From the human T2T-CHM13v2.0 reference genome, Homo sapiens, in NCBI RefSeq assembly GCF_009914755.1, contig NC_060933.1: a stretch of DNA of 64,000 nt. One strand, 5' to 3'. The notes below the pieces were generated by a model that saw only the letters and a list, made by a program, of their open reading frames with translations, was not told the DNA's origin and did no database searches. The stretch's first letter is position 1. The number at the start of each line of letters is the position of its first letter. This document shows positions 13,926 through 27,937 of this stretch, in pieces. The position numbers were made by a program, and so were the translations under genes.

Positions 13926-15089
13926 TTTTCTAAGATCTATGTGTTTTCCTCTACAATCTGTCCAGATTCTGTTAGGGTCATAGAAATGTCTGGGAGATGT
14001 TGAGTGTTTTTCAATGACTACTACAGTATAATGTCACAATGGTCAAGTACTACAGGAGTTAGAGCACTCAAGTTAGAAGCAGATGGAGCAAAAGTATCAT
14101 TTTAGAATTTAAGTGCACAGTATAAATTGGAGGATCGACAAGGCCAATGGGTCAATGCCAAGCCCAAGGCCAGTGCATCACAAATGTGGAGGCCAAAACT
14201 GTTTGGGAAGATTTGAGTCTTAAGAGGAGAGCCAAGAGAAGTCCTACTTCAGTGGATTCCAAACAGAGGGTAACTGAGACCTCCTGTTTAATGAAATTAC
14301 ATCCTCTGCCCATCTGCAGGAAAGCCCCCTACACAGTCCTGGTACTTAACTGGCCAAATATTTACCCATTAATACCTTTATTTATGGAGGGGTGGTGATT
14401 TTAATAAAAATATAAATGGGGACATGTAAATCACAGCCTTGGTCTTCAAAGGGTTTTGCAAACTTCAAAGCATTTTAAATAATATGTCTGAATTACAAAA
14501 CATTTTACTTCACAAGGTAAAAAAAACAAAAAACAAAAAACCTGCTACATTGAATATATAGTCCCCTAGTTACAAAGGTTTTCTGTCAAAAATTATTAAT
14601 TCATTGTTTGAAAATGGCTGTTAGGTTTTTAAATTAACTCCCAAAGTCTCTTTCAATAACAAACTATTACAGCGTGCTACATTTACGATAGAAAAGGAAG
14701 ACATCCCCGCTGATAGTATATCACAAATAAGGACAATCTGAACAACAAAACCAGATTTTAGGTCTTTTCCTAAAATCTTTAATGCAAGCAAGTGAAGAAA
14801 AATATTCAATCAATAAGGATATAGAAGGAATGGAAAAAATCTGAACGGGAACTCCCAGCACTTTGGAGAACTATTAATGTGGACGATAAAGACAGAGTTT
14901 CTTCAGTGGAACTAAGTGGATAGTGAGTTATAAAAGATGGAGAAAAGGAGAAAACACTATAAAAAGATGAAAAGAGGTGATGGAATGAGGTGTTCAGTAG
15001 ATCGTTCTACCACAGTCTTCAAGTGGTGCTGTCAACTGGGTCAACTGGGTCATTGTTCTTTAGGTAAGAGTTGAAGTGAAGGTCATCAA

Positions 15090-15262
15090 CAGTGGTTCTC
15101 AAAGGTGGTCTCCTGGTCCAGCAGCATCAGCACTGCTTGGAAACTTGTTTGAAATACAAAACATCAGGACCCACTCCAGACCCAGGGAAGGAGAAAGATT
15201 TCTTTCTCAACATTCTAATCCTGTCCCACCTCGTGATTCTAATGCATGCTAAACTTTGAAAG
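15090..15262. mobile_element. MER5A MITE
   Basis: cagtggttctcaaag start, gcagcatcagca, tgattctaatgcatgctaaactttga end. Confidence 0.8.
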
Positions 15263-15374
15263 TGAAGGATAGTTATGTGGAGTGAGTACCATCAAGAAGG
15301 TGTTCATTACACAGGACATCTGCAAGGCAGGCATTTTGGCCATGTCCAGTAGTGACTGTACTTCTTTAAAACAC

Positions 15375-15632
15375 TGTTTCTCAAATATGACTGCACATGG
15401 GAATCCCTGGGAAGCTTATTAAAAGCCCCGGGGGATGTCTAGCAATGACTGGAGATATCTTTGGTTGTTAAAACAAGGGGGTGGGAGTGGAAGTTTGCTA
15501 CCGGCCTCTATTTCCCTCTACCAACTAGGGATAAGGGAAACTGCCAAACATCCTACAGTGCACAGAACAGCCTCTGCTGAAACGAACTATCTTGCCCCCA
15601 GTGTCATTAATGCTGCTTTTGAGAAGCCTTGC
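15375..15632. mobile_element. MER5/MER20-like hAT MITE remnants
   Basis: tgtttctcaaa start; MER20-like gcaatgactggagatatctttggttg...aaacatcctacagtgcacag...tgagaagccttg. Confidence 0.65.
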
Positions 15633-15859
15633 TTTAGGCAAATCAACTATCTCAATCTGTTTTAGTTTTTGCACCTTAGACTTGGTGGAAAAAAGCTTGG
15701 GTCAACTTCATGGGCACCACCATTGAGACTCAATTCTGCCTTACCAGAGCTCCATTTTTAGTGTGTGTGTGTCTCTGTGATGTTATCAGGTGCCTACTTA
15801 ATTGTTCATAAAACGGTGCTTCGTTTCCTAATCAGTATGGTTCTTGTTTGCCTATGCTC

Positions 15860-16383
15860 TGTGAGACAAAGTAACAAATGTAAGATGGCATGTTTTATTT
15901 CTGTTCTCTGGAATCTAACGTCACAAAGTCCCTGACTCTCTGAAAACGTGAAGCTCTCCAGAAAGATGTTCTGAAGATAAAACCAGGTAGAACACCCAAC
16001 CCCACTTCATGTCTCTTGCTTGAGTCACTATTTCCTTAAAAGATAAATGACCCTAGTCCTTGCCTTTTTCTGCACATAAGACAATATCTGACAGTCTTAG
16101 TGATTATGCTTCTGTAACCTATATCCAGGTGTACTCTTATGCCCAAACCTTGATATGACTCTGCTTTAGTGTAATTCTGGACAAGTTTGATGTGATTTTG
16201 CATGTCCTGAACCTCCACCACCTGTATATACGCAGTGAGCTGAAACTGTGCTGACAGAACCTCTCAAGAGAGCAACTCTCAAGCTACAGGCCTCATCTAC
16301 AGTCCTCAATAAGATTTCTGAATAGAACGCACGTTAATCATTTCAAAAGCTTGGGTTTTTGTTTTTTTTTTCTTTAGTCAACA
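15860..16383 (+). mobile_element. ERV1-class solo LTR (MER67-like)
   Basis: TG...CA termini; tgagtcactatttccttaaaagataaatgaccctagtccttgcc matches remembered MER4-group LTR consensus; TATA-like tgtatata; subfamily uncertain. Confidence 0.75.
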
Positions 16384-19300
16384 ATCTCTTGGTCAGGAGC
16401 TTCCTGAAGGAAGGAAGGATGAGTGGAGAGATTTGGGTACCAAAATTTCACTCTGACACCCTAGTAATTCCCATGGCCAGCCTTGATTCTTCATTTGCAA
16501 GTATCCAAGATGTAAACATTATCAAGCCCAAGGGTCAGCAGAATAGAGAAGTGAAATGGGAACAGTGTTAACTGTCAGCCAAACATAGACTAAACCTAAG
16601 CTATCTTCATTAAAATGGATATTCTGAGAGCTGCTTCCGGTTAACCCATGAGTACATAAAGCATGCCAACTGCTGCTGGGAATCATCTGTTCCAAAGAGG
16701 CCAACACTTACTCGTCTGTTTTTATTTTGCGTAAAGAATGAGTAGAGCATAAAACCCCTCACCATCTAGTGCCTGTTTTACCCCAAATCTTCTACATCCA
16801 CTGTTCCGAAGATTTCCACACTGATTCTGAGCAATTTATGTAAGCCCAGGTGTTCAAAGTTCCAGGTTGAAACATTTGGTTAATTAACATCATGCTGCAA
16901 ACACTCAAAATCACTTCAGCTGCCACTATAACAAAACAAAACTCCCAAAAACAAAAACTGTAGGGAAATATAAACAAATGGCAGTATTCTTTGGAAAACA
17001 ATATATGATTTTAGTGACAATAAAAGCAGCAAGGGCTTTCTTGATTTAATACTGTGTTTCTCAAAAACATTTTTCTAAAGGAAATTATATTGAGTTTGAG
17101 TAAAAACTTGAAAGTACACATTATTATGAGCAGAATGCAGCTATGTGCCAGGACGCCAAGTCATTAGAGCTTGCTTGAAAAGAAAAAAAAAAAAAAAGGT
17201 ACAGTGAAAAAGAGCGCAAACCCCAAGAGTGGCAATCTTGGAAATATCAAAAGAAATGGCTATTCTTCTACTAAGAACCCAAAATGGTTTTTCTCCCCCG
17301 GAGCCACAATGCTCTCAGCTGTGGTTCTCTGCATTCACAGCTTCCCAGCCCCTCCCCTTCCCACAGCCCCACTCAAGGTCCCAATTTAACTCCTGCATTT
17401 TAATCCCTTTAAGCATCCATTTGTTCCTTTCCTCCCAATCACTTTCAGTGAGACTTTACGTCTTTGGCAAGGGGCCAGAGGTGGTTCTGTCAGAATTAAT
17501 TTTTTTTTCAAGTATGAAGTGTAGAGTGTTGAGCAAGAAATCCAGTTTTCTTAGTTTTGAGGTGGGAGATCAGGGTGAGGTACACTGAGTTTTTTATGTA
17601 TTTTCTAAGAATTAAGGCAGGTGGGGTGAGGGTGGGGAGCAGTTCTGATTGAGCTGTAGTAGGATTCCCAGGAGATAATCAGGTACGGCTGGTTTGGGGT
17701 GACTGGCAGGCTGAAGGCTCCATCAGTCAGTCTGTAGGAAGGGCTGGGAAGGGGCCTTTAAATCATATCCTAAAGAAGGAGAAGGTCAGCACCATGAGTT
17801 TTGTCTCAATGACTCAGTTATTGGAGGGCTGGGGAGGTGGTTTTGAGCACACTATTCTACTGCTGAGTTTGCTCCCAGGAAAACCTTCTTCTCTACAAGT
17901 CCCAACAGCCATGGACATGTGAATAAGCCTGAAAAACTAACAGAAAGATCTGTTTTCACACCATCTTTGAGCTACTGGGAACTGACCCAGTACCTCTTTA
18001 GAATAATGTGACTGAGTAACACAAAAGAGAGAAGAGTAATTATTTCCTATGAAGACAAGAACAGGATGCAGCTTCAGAGTTCACTTGTAGTTCTGGAGAA
18101 CACAATGCAAGTCTTGGGTTGGGGGCTCCCAGATATATCAGCTGCAAGAGCAGCAGAACCTGACACCTGCAGCACTGGCCAGCACCCACAGCCGGCTGTT
18201 GTCACCAACAATGGAAGGCAATATGATGGGCCTTGTCAAGAGCACAGGTAAGGGCCAAGAGGGCAGAGCAGGCAAACATCACCAATAGGGTCCGGCACAG
18301 AAGAGAAAACTGGCAGACACCTTCAGTGTCCCAGAGAAGCTGAGCAACCTTCTGAGGATGCCCATCAGAAAGGACATGGGGAGGGAGTCTGTTCAACAGG
18401 AGAATGAAGTTCTTACAACAAAAGAAAGATCAAAGTCTTCGGAACAGTGTGTGGCTCTTAACTCTACCTGTGAAACCAGACACTCTCCATCCCCTAGTGC
18501 CAAGTTCGACTAAATAGACATAAAGCATTTATGCATATGATTATACAGATCTGTACGAAGACTGTAGGAGATATTAAGTAATCTCCCAACGCCCCTTAGC
18601 ACGTCAACATTTGTTTTCCTGATTGTTCCTTTCCCTTAGGAAAATTAACACATAGTCTCTCTCTGGTCTCTCATAGTCTCTCATTTCTCTTTAATTTTCT
18701 GTTCCTGCTACTCCACGCCTGGTCCTATTCCTATTTTTCAGTGAAAATTATTCACAGAGAAGGAATCCAATGGGTCCATCTTATCCTATGTGGGAAAGAG
18801 CTTTTTGCTGGCCAGCACATGGAGTGACTGTCTTTGGGTCAGGTGCACATTGCAGTCTGGGTTGGGTACAGTAGACCTGGTGGTCTACAAGGTGAACCAC
18901 TACCTCAGAAAGAGGTCATGGGCATGACTGAGGGTGACTGCTCACAGTACTGTCACAGAGTTAGAGACACTAGCATGCTTTCTCATATTTCTTTGAAAAG
19001 AAAAGCAAAAACCTGGGACTAACACAGACTCTTCACTTTCTTTTTATCTTTGGGCAGATCCATTCCTAAATTTTTCCAGACACCATCTTGAAAGTCCCCC
19101 AGGATAATAGAATGAGTAAGAAACAGACTACAGAATGCAGTGGGTGAGGAAAAACTTTTGATTAAGCCAAAAGCAAGGGCAGATGTAAATTCCGAGGAAG
19201 GGAGGACTCAGAAAGCTGTTTGGTAGTGCAGGCATAAAAAACAAGGCAGAGAACAGAGCAGAGTCTGTTTTTAGCATAGGACTAGGGTGGAAGTCACTCA

Positions 19301-19520
19301 ACTGCAGCCAACAGCAGTGGCCAGACAACCTAGCACCTAGAGTTGCCTTAGATCTTTGAATTCCAAGTCCTGACATTTACTGATTCAATTTTGTGTTTCC
19401 AAGTTGCCATTTTGGCCATATTGATATTGCATCCTTATCGTAAGCCCTATTACTTGAAGACGGTCCCCTTGCAAATGAAGGAAACTGATGTACACACTGG
19501 ACCTTGTGGATTTCACGTAA

Positions 19521-19868
<348 letters not shown>

Positions 19869-20019
19869 GAACTTTTCTTTTGTACATGCAATGTAACAAC
19901 TTGGAAAAAGAAGAAGTCCTGGCCCCAACAGCAGATGCCTGGAAAGAATCAGACAAGAGGCTGAAGGTGAAATTAAACACAGTCTCGCAATCACAGCTCT
20001 AGATATTATGAGTCCTTGC

Positions 20020-21230
20020 AACAGAGATCACTAATGTTCCGCCCCGTCAGATATCTTTGAGTACTCTTGGAAAATGAAAGATGTGCCAAAAGTTGGAGGA
20101 CTGGCAAATGTCATTCATACTTTTAAACTGAAGAAGAAAGATTCTAAAAATTATATAGAGGTCGGTCACCTTGGGAGATCGGGGGGGAAATCATAAATGG
20201 TTTATTAGGCTGCTCATGACAAGACAGAACAAAAAGTGCAACTGCCAGGAGGCAGCAAATTTTAATTTCACTCAGAATTGGCCACATCAGCCTAAGCTCA
20301 TTTTTCCCTTCATTTATATTGCTGTACCAAAATATGGACTTCAACAATGTATTTTATAAGGTCTCTTATGGCAGTCTTATAAATTATAGAGGGGGGTGTA
20401 AAACTTGTTATAAACTGTTTTCAAAGTTGATACTCACCTTAAGAGAGGATTCTAGTAGCTTACCACAGGGCTCTATTCTTGACCTGCCCAGTTGAACATT
20501 TTCATCATGCACCTATGTGAAGACAGTAAAGGCAACCCTACCAAATCTTCACAGGCACAGTGCTGAGAAAAACAGTAAAGACCCTGAATGGTACAGTATG
20601 GATCCAAAGAGAGGGTTGGCAGGCATGAGAGGTGGGTTAGATCTAGCAGGATATAACACTTTGGGGCCCAAATAAACAACCCTATAAGGAGGGGCTGAGA
20701 GATACATGACTTAAGCAGCAGCACACAGAAATGCTCTGTGTTCATCAACAGAAAACTGAACATGGGTCAAAGGTGGGGCCAGCAATCAATGAAGCTAATA
20801 CGATAAGTTGTACTTAATGTGCATGTGATTTTTAGAATTAGGTAGGTAATAAATCTTTTCTACTCTGTGCCATACTTGAAGTATTATCTTCACTTCTAGC
20901 GTTGCATTTTTTGAGGGAAGTACATTCACTGGAATATATTTAGAGTTCCTCTACCAGGATAATGCAGGAACTCTAAATTGTATTATATGAAGAATGGCTG
21001 AATGAACTAGGCATGTTTACTTGGCAAGTATGGGTTGAGAGACATGGCAATTCTTCTTCAAATAAATGAAAACTGAAGAGAGGCAATACTTCATCTAGGT
21101 ATTGCCAGAGGACACAACTAGGGATGAAAGCTGTAAAGGATATTTTACCTCAATGTGAAAACAGTTTAAGCCCTGGCAGATGCTCAAAGTCTCAACAAAC
21201 ACTAATGGGAAAGTTGTCGGAGTGTAGACT
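20020..21230 (+). mobile_element. CR1/L3 LINE fossil (fragmented)
   Basis: ~20050-20155 translates DIFEYSWKMKDVPKVGGLANVIHTFKLKKKDSKNY, resembling the CR1 ORF2 motif IFEKSW..GEVPEDW..ANV.PIFKKGKKEDPGNY; L3-like tatgaagaatggctgaatgaactaggcatgttta near 20990. Confidence 0.65.
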
Positions 21231-21252
21231 TCAAAATGGGTTGCTGAGTTGG

Positions 21253-21610
21253 TGATATTGTTTGGCTCTATGTCCCCACCAAAATATCACCTGGAACTGT
21301 AATCCCCATGAGTTGAGGGAGAAACCTGCTGGAAGGTGACTGGATCATGGGGGCTGTTTCCCCCATGCTGTTCTTGTGTTAGTGAGTGAGTTCTCATGAG
21401 AGCTGATGGTTTCACAAGGGGCTCTTCCCCCTTCGCTCTGTCTCTCGCCTGCCACCAGCTAAGACGTGACTACTTTCCCTTCTGTCATGATTGTAAGTTT
21501 CCTGAGGCCACCCCAGTCATGCAGAACGTGAGTCAATTAAACCTCTTTCCTTTATAAATTACCCAGTCTCAGGTAGTATCTTGATAGTAGTGTGAAAACG
21601 GACTAATACA
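21253..21610 (+). mobile_element. THE1 (C/D-like) MaLR solo LTR
   Basis: tgatattgtttggctc...aattaaacctctttcctttataaattacccagtc...gactaataca; 5-bp TSD gttgg/attgg. Confidence 0.93.
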
Positions 21611-23872
21611 ATTGGGTAATCTTTTAAGGTCCTTTTAAATCTTAAGAATCTTTATTTTTATATTACTTTTTTAGACCCATATTCTAATTCTGTTCATTTC
21701 ACTAATTTCAAAAACCTGTTACTGCTGTGAATTACAAACAAACTTAAATCCACACCTTGTGACCTACCCTTTCTGGTTCACTTACTTTGCATTTTAGCTT
21801 CACAAATAATAAAGTACCTATTATGCTGGGAGCTAGAGATGCATAAGTGACTTACACATGGTTCCTGACCTGAAGAAGCTCACAATCTAGGGAAAGAAAA
21901 AACTGTAATATAACGATGTCAGTATGAAAAGAGGTGGGAGTCAGCTCAGTGTGCTACCCCATGCCAGGACAGAAAAGGGAACCCTAGTTGATTCAGGAAT
22001 GTTCTGGGAAAGACATGAACCTGGGTGTTATGGCTCCAAAGCCAACATTCCTGACCTCTCTGTCTGCTTTTTCGGTTACATAGGAAAATAATTGCAATTA
22101 GTGTAGGCAAGGCCAGTAAACTTTTGTGAGATGAACTCTGTTGGGACAGCAGAAATCTACTTCACCAGCTGGTAGGCCCAAGGAGGTCTTTGTTCTCTGG
22201 TTCTTACTTTTCCAACAATCTCTGGGTAAGAAGTGTGGGCAAGACTCAGGGCTTAGGCAGTGGGGAAAGGGGCCTCACTGTGTTCTCCAATTGAACCCAT
22301 GATTGGAGAGCCCTAAATAAAACTGGCATTTTGCCCCCATTTACTGCAGTTCTGTGTGTTCACACTGAATTTATCCGACCCCTGAAGAAGAGTGAGGGGT
22401 AATGACCTTTTAGAAAATTTTATTATGTAGGGCTGGCTATAGTTAAACATAATGCAACATTTAAATGAAACCAAGGAAAGTAAATGGTATTTTTAAATTC
22501 AGAATGATATGTGTGAGGATCAAGAAAACATGTTTAGCAGAAGATGGAAGGGCAAAAAGCTGTTAGATGGTTCACACACTGTAAGGGATCCTGCTGGAAA
22601 CTTATTACCCTGTGGATCTTTTTAAACAGTCCACCTTAAATGCTGATATTATATGGGGCTATCATATAGCCATGCCATGGCTCAGTATGTGCATAATATA
22701 AGCCATTCTCATAAATAGAAAAAAAAAGTAGCTAGCACGGTCAGAAACAGCTGGCTTAACCACATTATGGTATTCAACTGTGTGCTTATTTTTAAATTGC
22801 GTCAAATTGCTCTGAAGCCAATGACCTAATGAAGACAGAAGCATCTCTTCAAAGAGAGCACAAAAGCGTCTTTTAAGACCATGATCAATAGGTGGCAGCA
22901 TCTCTTCCAGCACTGAAGTCCTCTCTGTGGGGCTCAGATGAAGCAAATTTTCTCAGTAATTTCACCCCTCTCAAGGGCTGTCTTTCCAGCCACCCATCAG
23001 GTGACTAGGCCTAGCCTATGCACCTGTTAGGATTCCTGCACAAATATCTGACCAACAACTTAGTTACTTCCAACATTTGAGCGCTTTTCTAGAAACAGGC
23101 AATGTAGACCTCCTAACAACCATCTCTGGAATGCCAGTGACCCTACTGCATGCTTTCACTTTGAAATAGTCACCAACACGTGGCAGGACAGGAAATTATT
23201 TGGGGATCCAACCAAGTCAGCAGACCTCAATCTGGACTGAACACCATGGACATACAGAGAGGGCTAAGAACAAATGGTGAGGTTCTAACCAAATAGCAGT
23301 TCAGACACACACCAATGATGTCTGAGCAAACTATCACACAAACACACAATGCAAGAAAGAAAACACACATCTAATAACAACAACAGCTGCACCTGGATAG
23401 GAACTACTCCAGAAGTCTAGGATACAGAGAGATTTCCAGAGCTTCAGCCAGTGTACTGCTTGTCAAAATACTCAAATACAACCATACTGGTTGGTAAATA
23501 ACCTCTGCCTTGATACCTAAGATCCCCCTGCTACTGGCCTGGCCATCTGGACTACTTCTGCAGGGCCCCTTCCTCACCTCCCTACAACATGATTGTTAAA
23601 GGATAAAAGCCTAGCATGAAATGGGCCATCAAGGACCTTGCTCCATTAGTTGATGCCCATTCCAATTGGTCAGTGCCAATGCCAGGCTGGCTGTTAAAGG
23701 CTGCAACTACTGCCAATGCCCACAGCCCACAGATGCCGGCAGGAGTGTCGTGTACTGAGCTATTCGTAGTCTGATTCTTTCCTTCATTCTCTTTCATACA
23801 TATATCCCCACCTCCAACACACTTGCGCACACATAGGAATAAGCTTCCTGCATAAGAATCTTCGGAGGAATG

Positions 23873-24851
23873 ACCATCAGAGTGAACAGGCAACCTACAG
23901 AATGGGAGAATATTTTTGCAATCTACCCATCTGACAAAGGACTAATATCCAGAATCTACAAAGAACTCAAACAAATTTACAAGAAAAAAACAAACAACCC
24001 CATCAAAAAGTGGGCAAAGGATATGAACAGACACTTCTCGAAAGAAGACATTTATGCAGCCAACAGACACATGAAAAAATGCTCATCATCACTGGCCATC
24101 AGAGAAATGCAAATCAAAACCACAATGAGATACCATCTCACACCAGTTAGAATGGTGATCATTAAAAAGTCAGGAAACAACAGGTGCTGGAGAGGATGTG
24201 GAGAAATAGGAACACTTTTACACTGTTGGTGGGACTGTAAACTAGTTCAACCCATGTGGAAGACAGTGTGGCAATTCCTCAGGGATCTAGAACTAGAAAT
24301 ACCATTTGACCCAGCCATCCCATTACTGGGTATATAACCAAAGGTTTATAAATCATGCCGCTATAAAGACACATGCACACATATGTTTATTGCGGCCTAT
24401 TCACCATAGCAAAGACTTGGAACCAACCCAAATATCCAGCAATGATAGACTGGATTAAGAAAATGTGGCACATATACCCCATGGAATACTATGCAGCCAC
24501 AGAAAAGGGTGAGTTCATGTCCTTTGCAGGGACATGGATGAAGCTGGAAACCATTATTCTCAGTAAACTATCGCAAGGACAGAAAACCAAACACCGCATG
24601 TTCTCACTCATAGGTGGGAATTGAACAATGAGAACACTTGTACACAGGGCGGGGAACATCACACACCAGGGCCTGTTGGTGGGTGGGGGTCTGGGGGAGG
24701 GATAGCGTTAGGTGAAATACCTAATGTACATGACAATTTGATGGGTGCAGCAAGCCAACATGGCACATGTATACCCATGTATCAAACCTGCAGGTTGTGC
24801 ACATGTACTCTAGAACTTAAAGTATAATAATAAAAATAAAAGTAATTTTAA
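23873..24851 (+). mobile_element. 5'-truncated L1PA LINE-1 (ORF2 C-terminus + 3' UTR + A tail)
   Basis: ORFs 23870-24337 and 24373-24624 are near-consensus L1 ORF2 (RCWRGC..HCWWDC; KTKHRMFSLIGGN); TSD aagaatcttcggaggaatg 23854-23872 / aaaaatcttccgaggaatg 24852-24870. Confidence 0.98.
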
Positions 24852-26544
24852 AAAAATCTTCCGAGGAATGTTTGAAGAATGTGGAGTATATATCTCTGTA
24901 CAGAACACGCTATGTCATGTTAGGGGCCTTTATTGTTTTTATACCTTTCCTGTGGGATTCTGATCTTTCAGTACTAACTTTTTAAAGCCTTCAAACACTA
25001 GAGTCCACTGAAAGTCACTGGCATCACTTTTACAAGACTGGTTAGGCTCTCACCCCTCCCCATCAGAGATGGGCCTCCAGGTAAGAGGAGATAAAAAGTG
25101 TAAGCCTTCACACCTGCAGGTGAAATCCTAAACCTGATAGTCAGGGTCCTCACAGTTGGGGGAAGCTGAAGGTTTCACAATAAACTACAAAGATTTATTT
25201 TTCCTCCTGTTGGAGAACAATAAACTCCTTCTGAAGAATGTAGGATCCTAGGCAAATTAATTACTACTAAGGCACATGTTTCAGAGGACTGTCTGAAAGC
25301 ATCCATTGATAAGCTCCCGTGAGGCCTAAAATTCTCCTTGTTCTCCCAGCCCCTAAAGAAACTGGGTCAAAATGGAAGCAGACAATGAGCCTCAAACAAA
25401 CAGAGCAGACTAAGCCTCTCTTCTCTCACGTGTGTGTTTATGAGGAAATTCAAACATGGCTTAACAAGACATTCAATTGCTTATTTCGAATGTGGAATGT
25501 GGTAGAAAAGTATCTGAAGGAAAAAGAAAGGTGTGTGTGGCAGGGGCGGGGATAGGGGGTTGCCACTTACAAGTGGTTAGGTAGACAGAAGCTATCGGGA
25601 ACATTCTGGACTGCTGGAGATTGCTATAGTCTCAACATTTTCTAAGACAGTCGGGTATAGAGCTTTGTATCTAAGCCTAAATGTATCAAAATCCATCCCT
25701 TGAAAAATGTAGCCAAACATATCTCCACCTCCTAATAACTATGTGGATCAGAGGAACTGAAAGAAAAAACAAAAAGCCCAAAGAGGCCTAACTAGTATTT
25801 TATTCATGTAATTCAAAGAAAGAACATGGTCATAAAGACTTGAGAAACTAAATGCATATTATTTGAAAACTGAGTTTTGTTTGTTTGTTTTTAAAAAAGA
25901 ACATAGCAATAATTTTTACCAGAAGTTTGAAAACTCTTCAGATGTCATCAAACACTATTCTAGGCTGCAGTATTTTCACCAATTTCTCCCATATGTCAGA
26001 TGGATGACACACCAAACTCCACTAACAAATAGGGCACAACTGCTGTGGCTAATATTTTAATGTTCAGTCAAAGGTGGGCTTTTTGCCATTTGTATTTATT
26101 TTAGGTGCTGGAACAGTGGAAGGTACTAACGTTTATAGATGATACATACATGCCGAATGTCTATGTATCATGCGTATATACAGGGGCTGAATCTGTCTCA
26201 TTGCTCATTTGTAGAACACAATTACAGATTAGAGTGCATCGGGAGAGGCCCGGGTATAAAACACATCCTGTTCACTTCTAAATAATTTGGGGCTTAAAAG
26301 AATCAATGGAGAGATGTGCACACCTGAATATTTGCATACCTGTGTTTAGGTTCAGTTATATTTTGGTAAGTCCATGAAAGCCTTCTTTCAGAGGGAGTGG
26401 CCTAAATAAATACCAAATAAAACTTTCTCCCCATCCTCCTGAAATAAAGAACTAAGACAGATAGGTACATTTCGTTTTCAGGATATTTTTCAAGTATATA
26501 TAAATGTTGCTTCATAAAGACTCGTGTCAAACATCACAATTGGT

Positions 26545-27163
26545 TTAATTTTTTTTTGTGGTAAAATTCATGTTAACATTTACCATTTTAGCCATTTAAA
26601 AGTACATACTTCATGATATTAAATGCATTCATAATGGTGTACAACTATCACCACCATCTAGTTCCAGAACATTTTCATTACCCTGAAAGAAAGCCCTATA
26701 GCCATTTAGCCACTCCTCATTCCCCACTCACACCCTGGCCCCTAGTCAACCACTAGTCGGATTTCTGTCTCTATAGATTTACCTCTTCTGGACATGTCGT
26801 AGAAACTGAATGATACAATATGTGGCCTTTTGTGCCTAGCTTTTTTCACTTAGTACAATGTTTTCAAGGTTCATCAATGTTGCAGCATGTATCAGAACTT
26901 TATTCTAAAATTTCACTATATGGATATACCACATTTTGTTTATCCATTCATCCACTGATGGACATTTGAGTTGTTTCCATCTTTTGCCTATTATGAGCAG
27001 TGCTACTAAAAACATTCATGTAAACGTTTTTGTTTAAATGTCTGTTTTTAATTATTTTAGGTATATATACCTAGGAGTAGAATTGCTGGGTCACATAGTA
27101 ATTCTGTTTAACCTATGGAGGAACTGCCAAATGGTGTTCCACAGCAGTTACGCCATTTTTCAT
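26545..27163 (-). mobile_element. L1MB-type LINE-1 3' fragment
   Basis: gtggtaaaattcatgttaacatttaccatttt...ttatccattcatccactgatggacatttgagttgtttcc...ggagtagaattgctgggtcac. Confidence 0.9.
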
Positions 27164-27176
27164 TCATGTTTAATTT

Positions 27177-27480
27177 AATATTTTAATTTTTATTTTTTTG
27201 AAAGAGTCTCGCTGTGTTGCCCAGCCTGGAGTGCAGTAGCATGATCTCAGTTCACTGCAATCTCTGCCTCCTAAGTTCAAGCAATTCTCCTGCCTCAGCC
27301 TCCTGAGTAGCTGGGACCACAGGCGCACACCCCCACATCTGGCTAATTTTTGTATTTTTTGGTAGAGAAAAGATTTTGCCATGTTGGCCCAGCTGGTCTC
27401 GAACTCTTGGCCTCCAGCAATCCACTTGCCTTGGCCTCCCAAAGGGCTATGATTACAGGTGTGAGCCACAGCGCCCAGCC
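27177..27480 (-). mobile_element. AluS (Sx-like) SINE
   Basis: Full Alu; TSD tcatgtttaattt at 27164-27176 and 27481-27493. Confidence 0.97.
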
Positions 27481-27539
27481 TCATGTTTAATTTTATAACC
27501 GGTATTAACTAGCATGAGGGGCCATTGTGGGATCAAGCA

Positions 27540-27845
27540 ATAGCTTCTCCTTATCATCCAGGCCCAGCTCACTGACCACCTCCTGAGACAGAACCTTTTG
27601 GTCAAGCAAGTTGCAAAGCTCCTCCTCCCACCCCAGGCACTTTGCTGACATCATTGTTTCAATCTCTTCACAGCACTTTCAGATTCCCCCAAATTATTTA
27701 ATCATTCACTAGTTAATTGTCTACTTCTCTTCCTTTCTAGACTTAAACTCCACGAGGGCAGGACTGTTCCTGTCTTGTTCGACAGAATATCTCCTAAGCC
27801 TAAAACAGTCCCAGGCACATAGCAGGTCTTTCTCTAGTGGATAAA
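27540..27845 (+). mobile_element. L2 3' end
   Basis: tagacttaaactccacgagggcaggactg...gtcttgttc...ggcacatagcagg. Confidence 0.75.
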
Positions 27846-27934
27846 TGTCTCAATGGTGCTCAAGGCTAAAAAAAAAAAAAAGAGCTACAAGACAGAGGAA
27901 GAGCCAGACTCAGTGCCTACTTGTTTTCTTTCTT

Positions 27935-27937
<3 letters not shown>

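Noticed and set aside
17786-17801. tcagcaccatg REST left half-site
   Set aside because: Right half (GGACAG) missing
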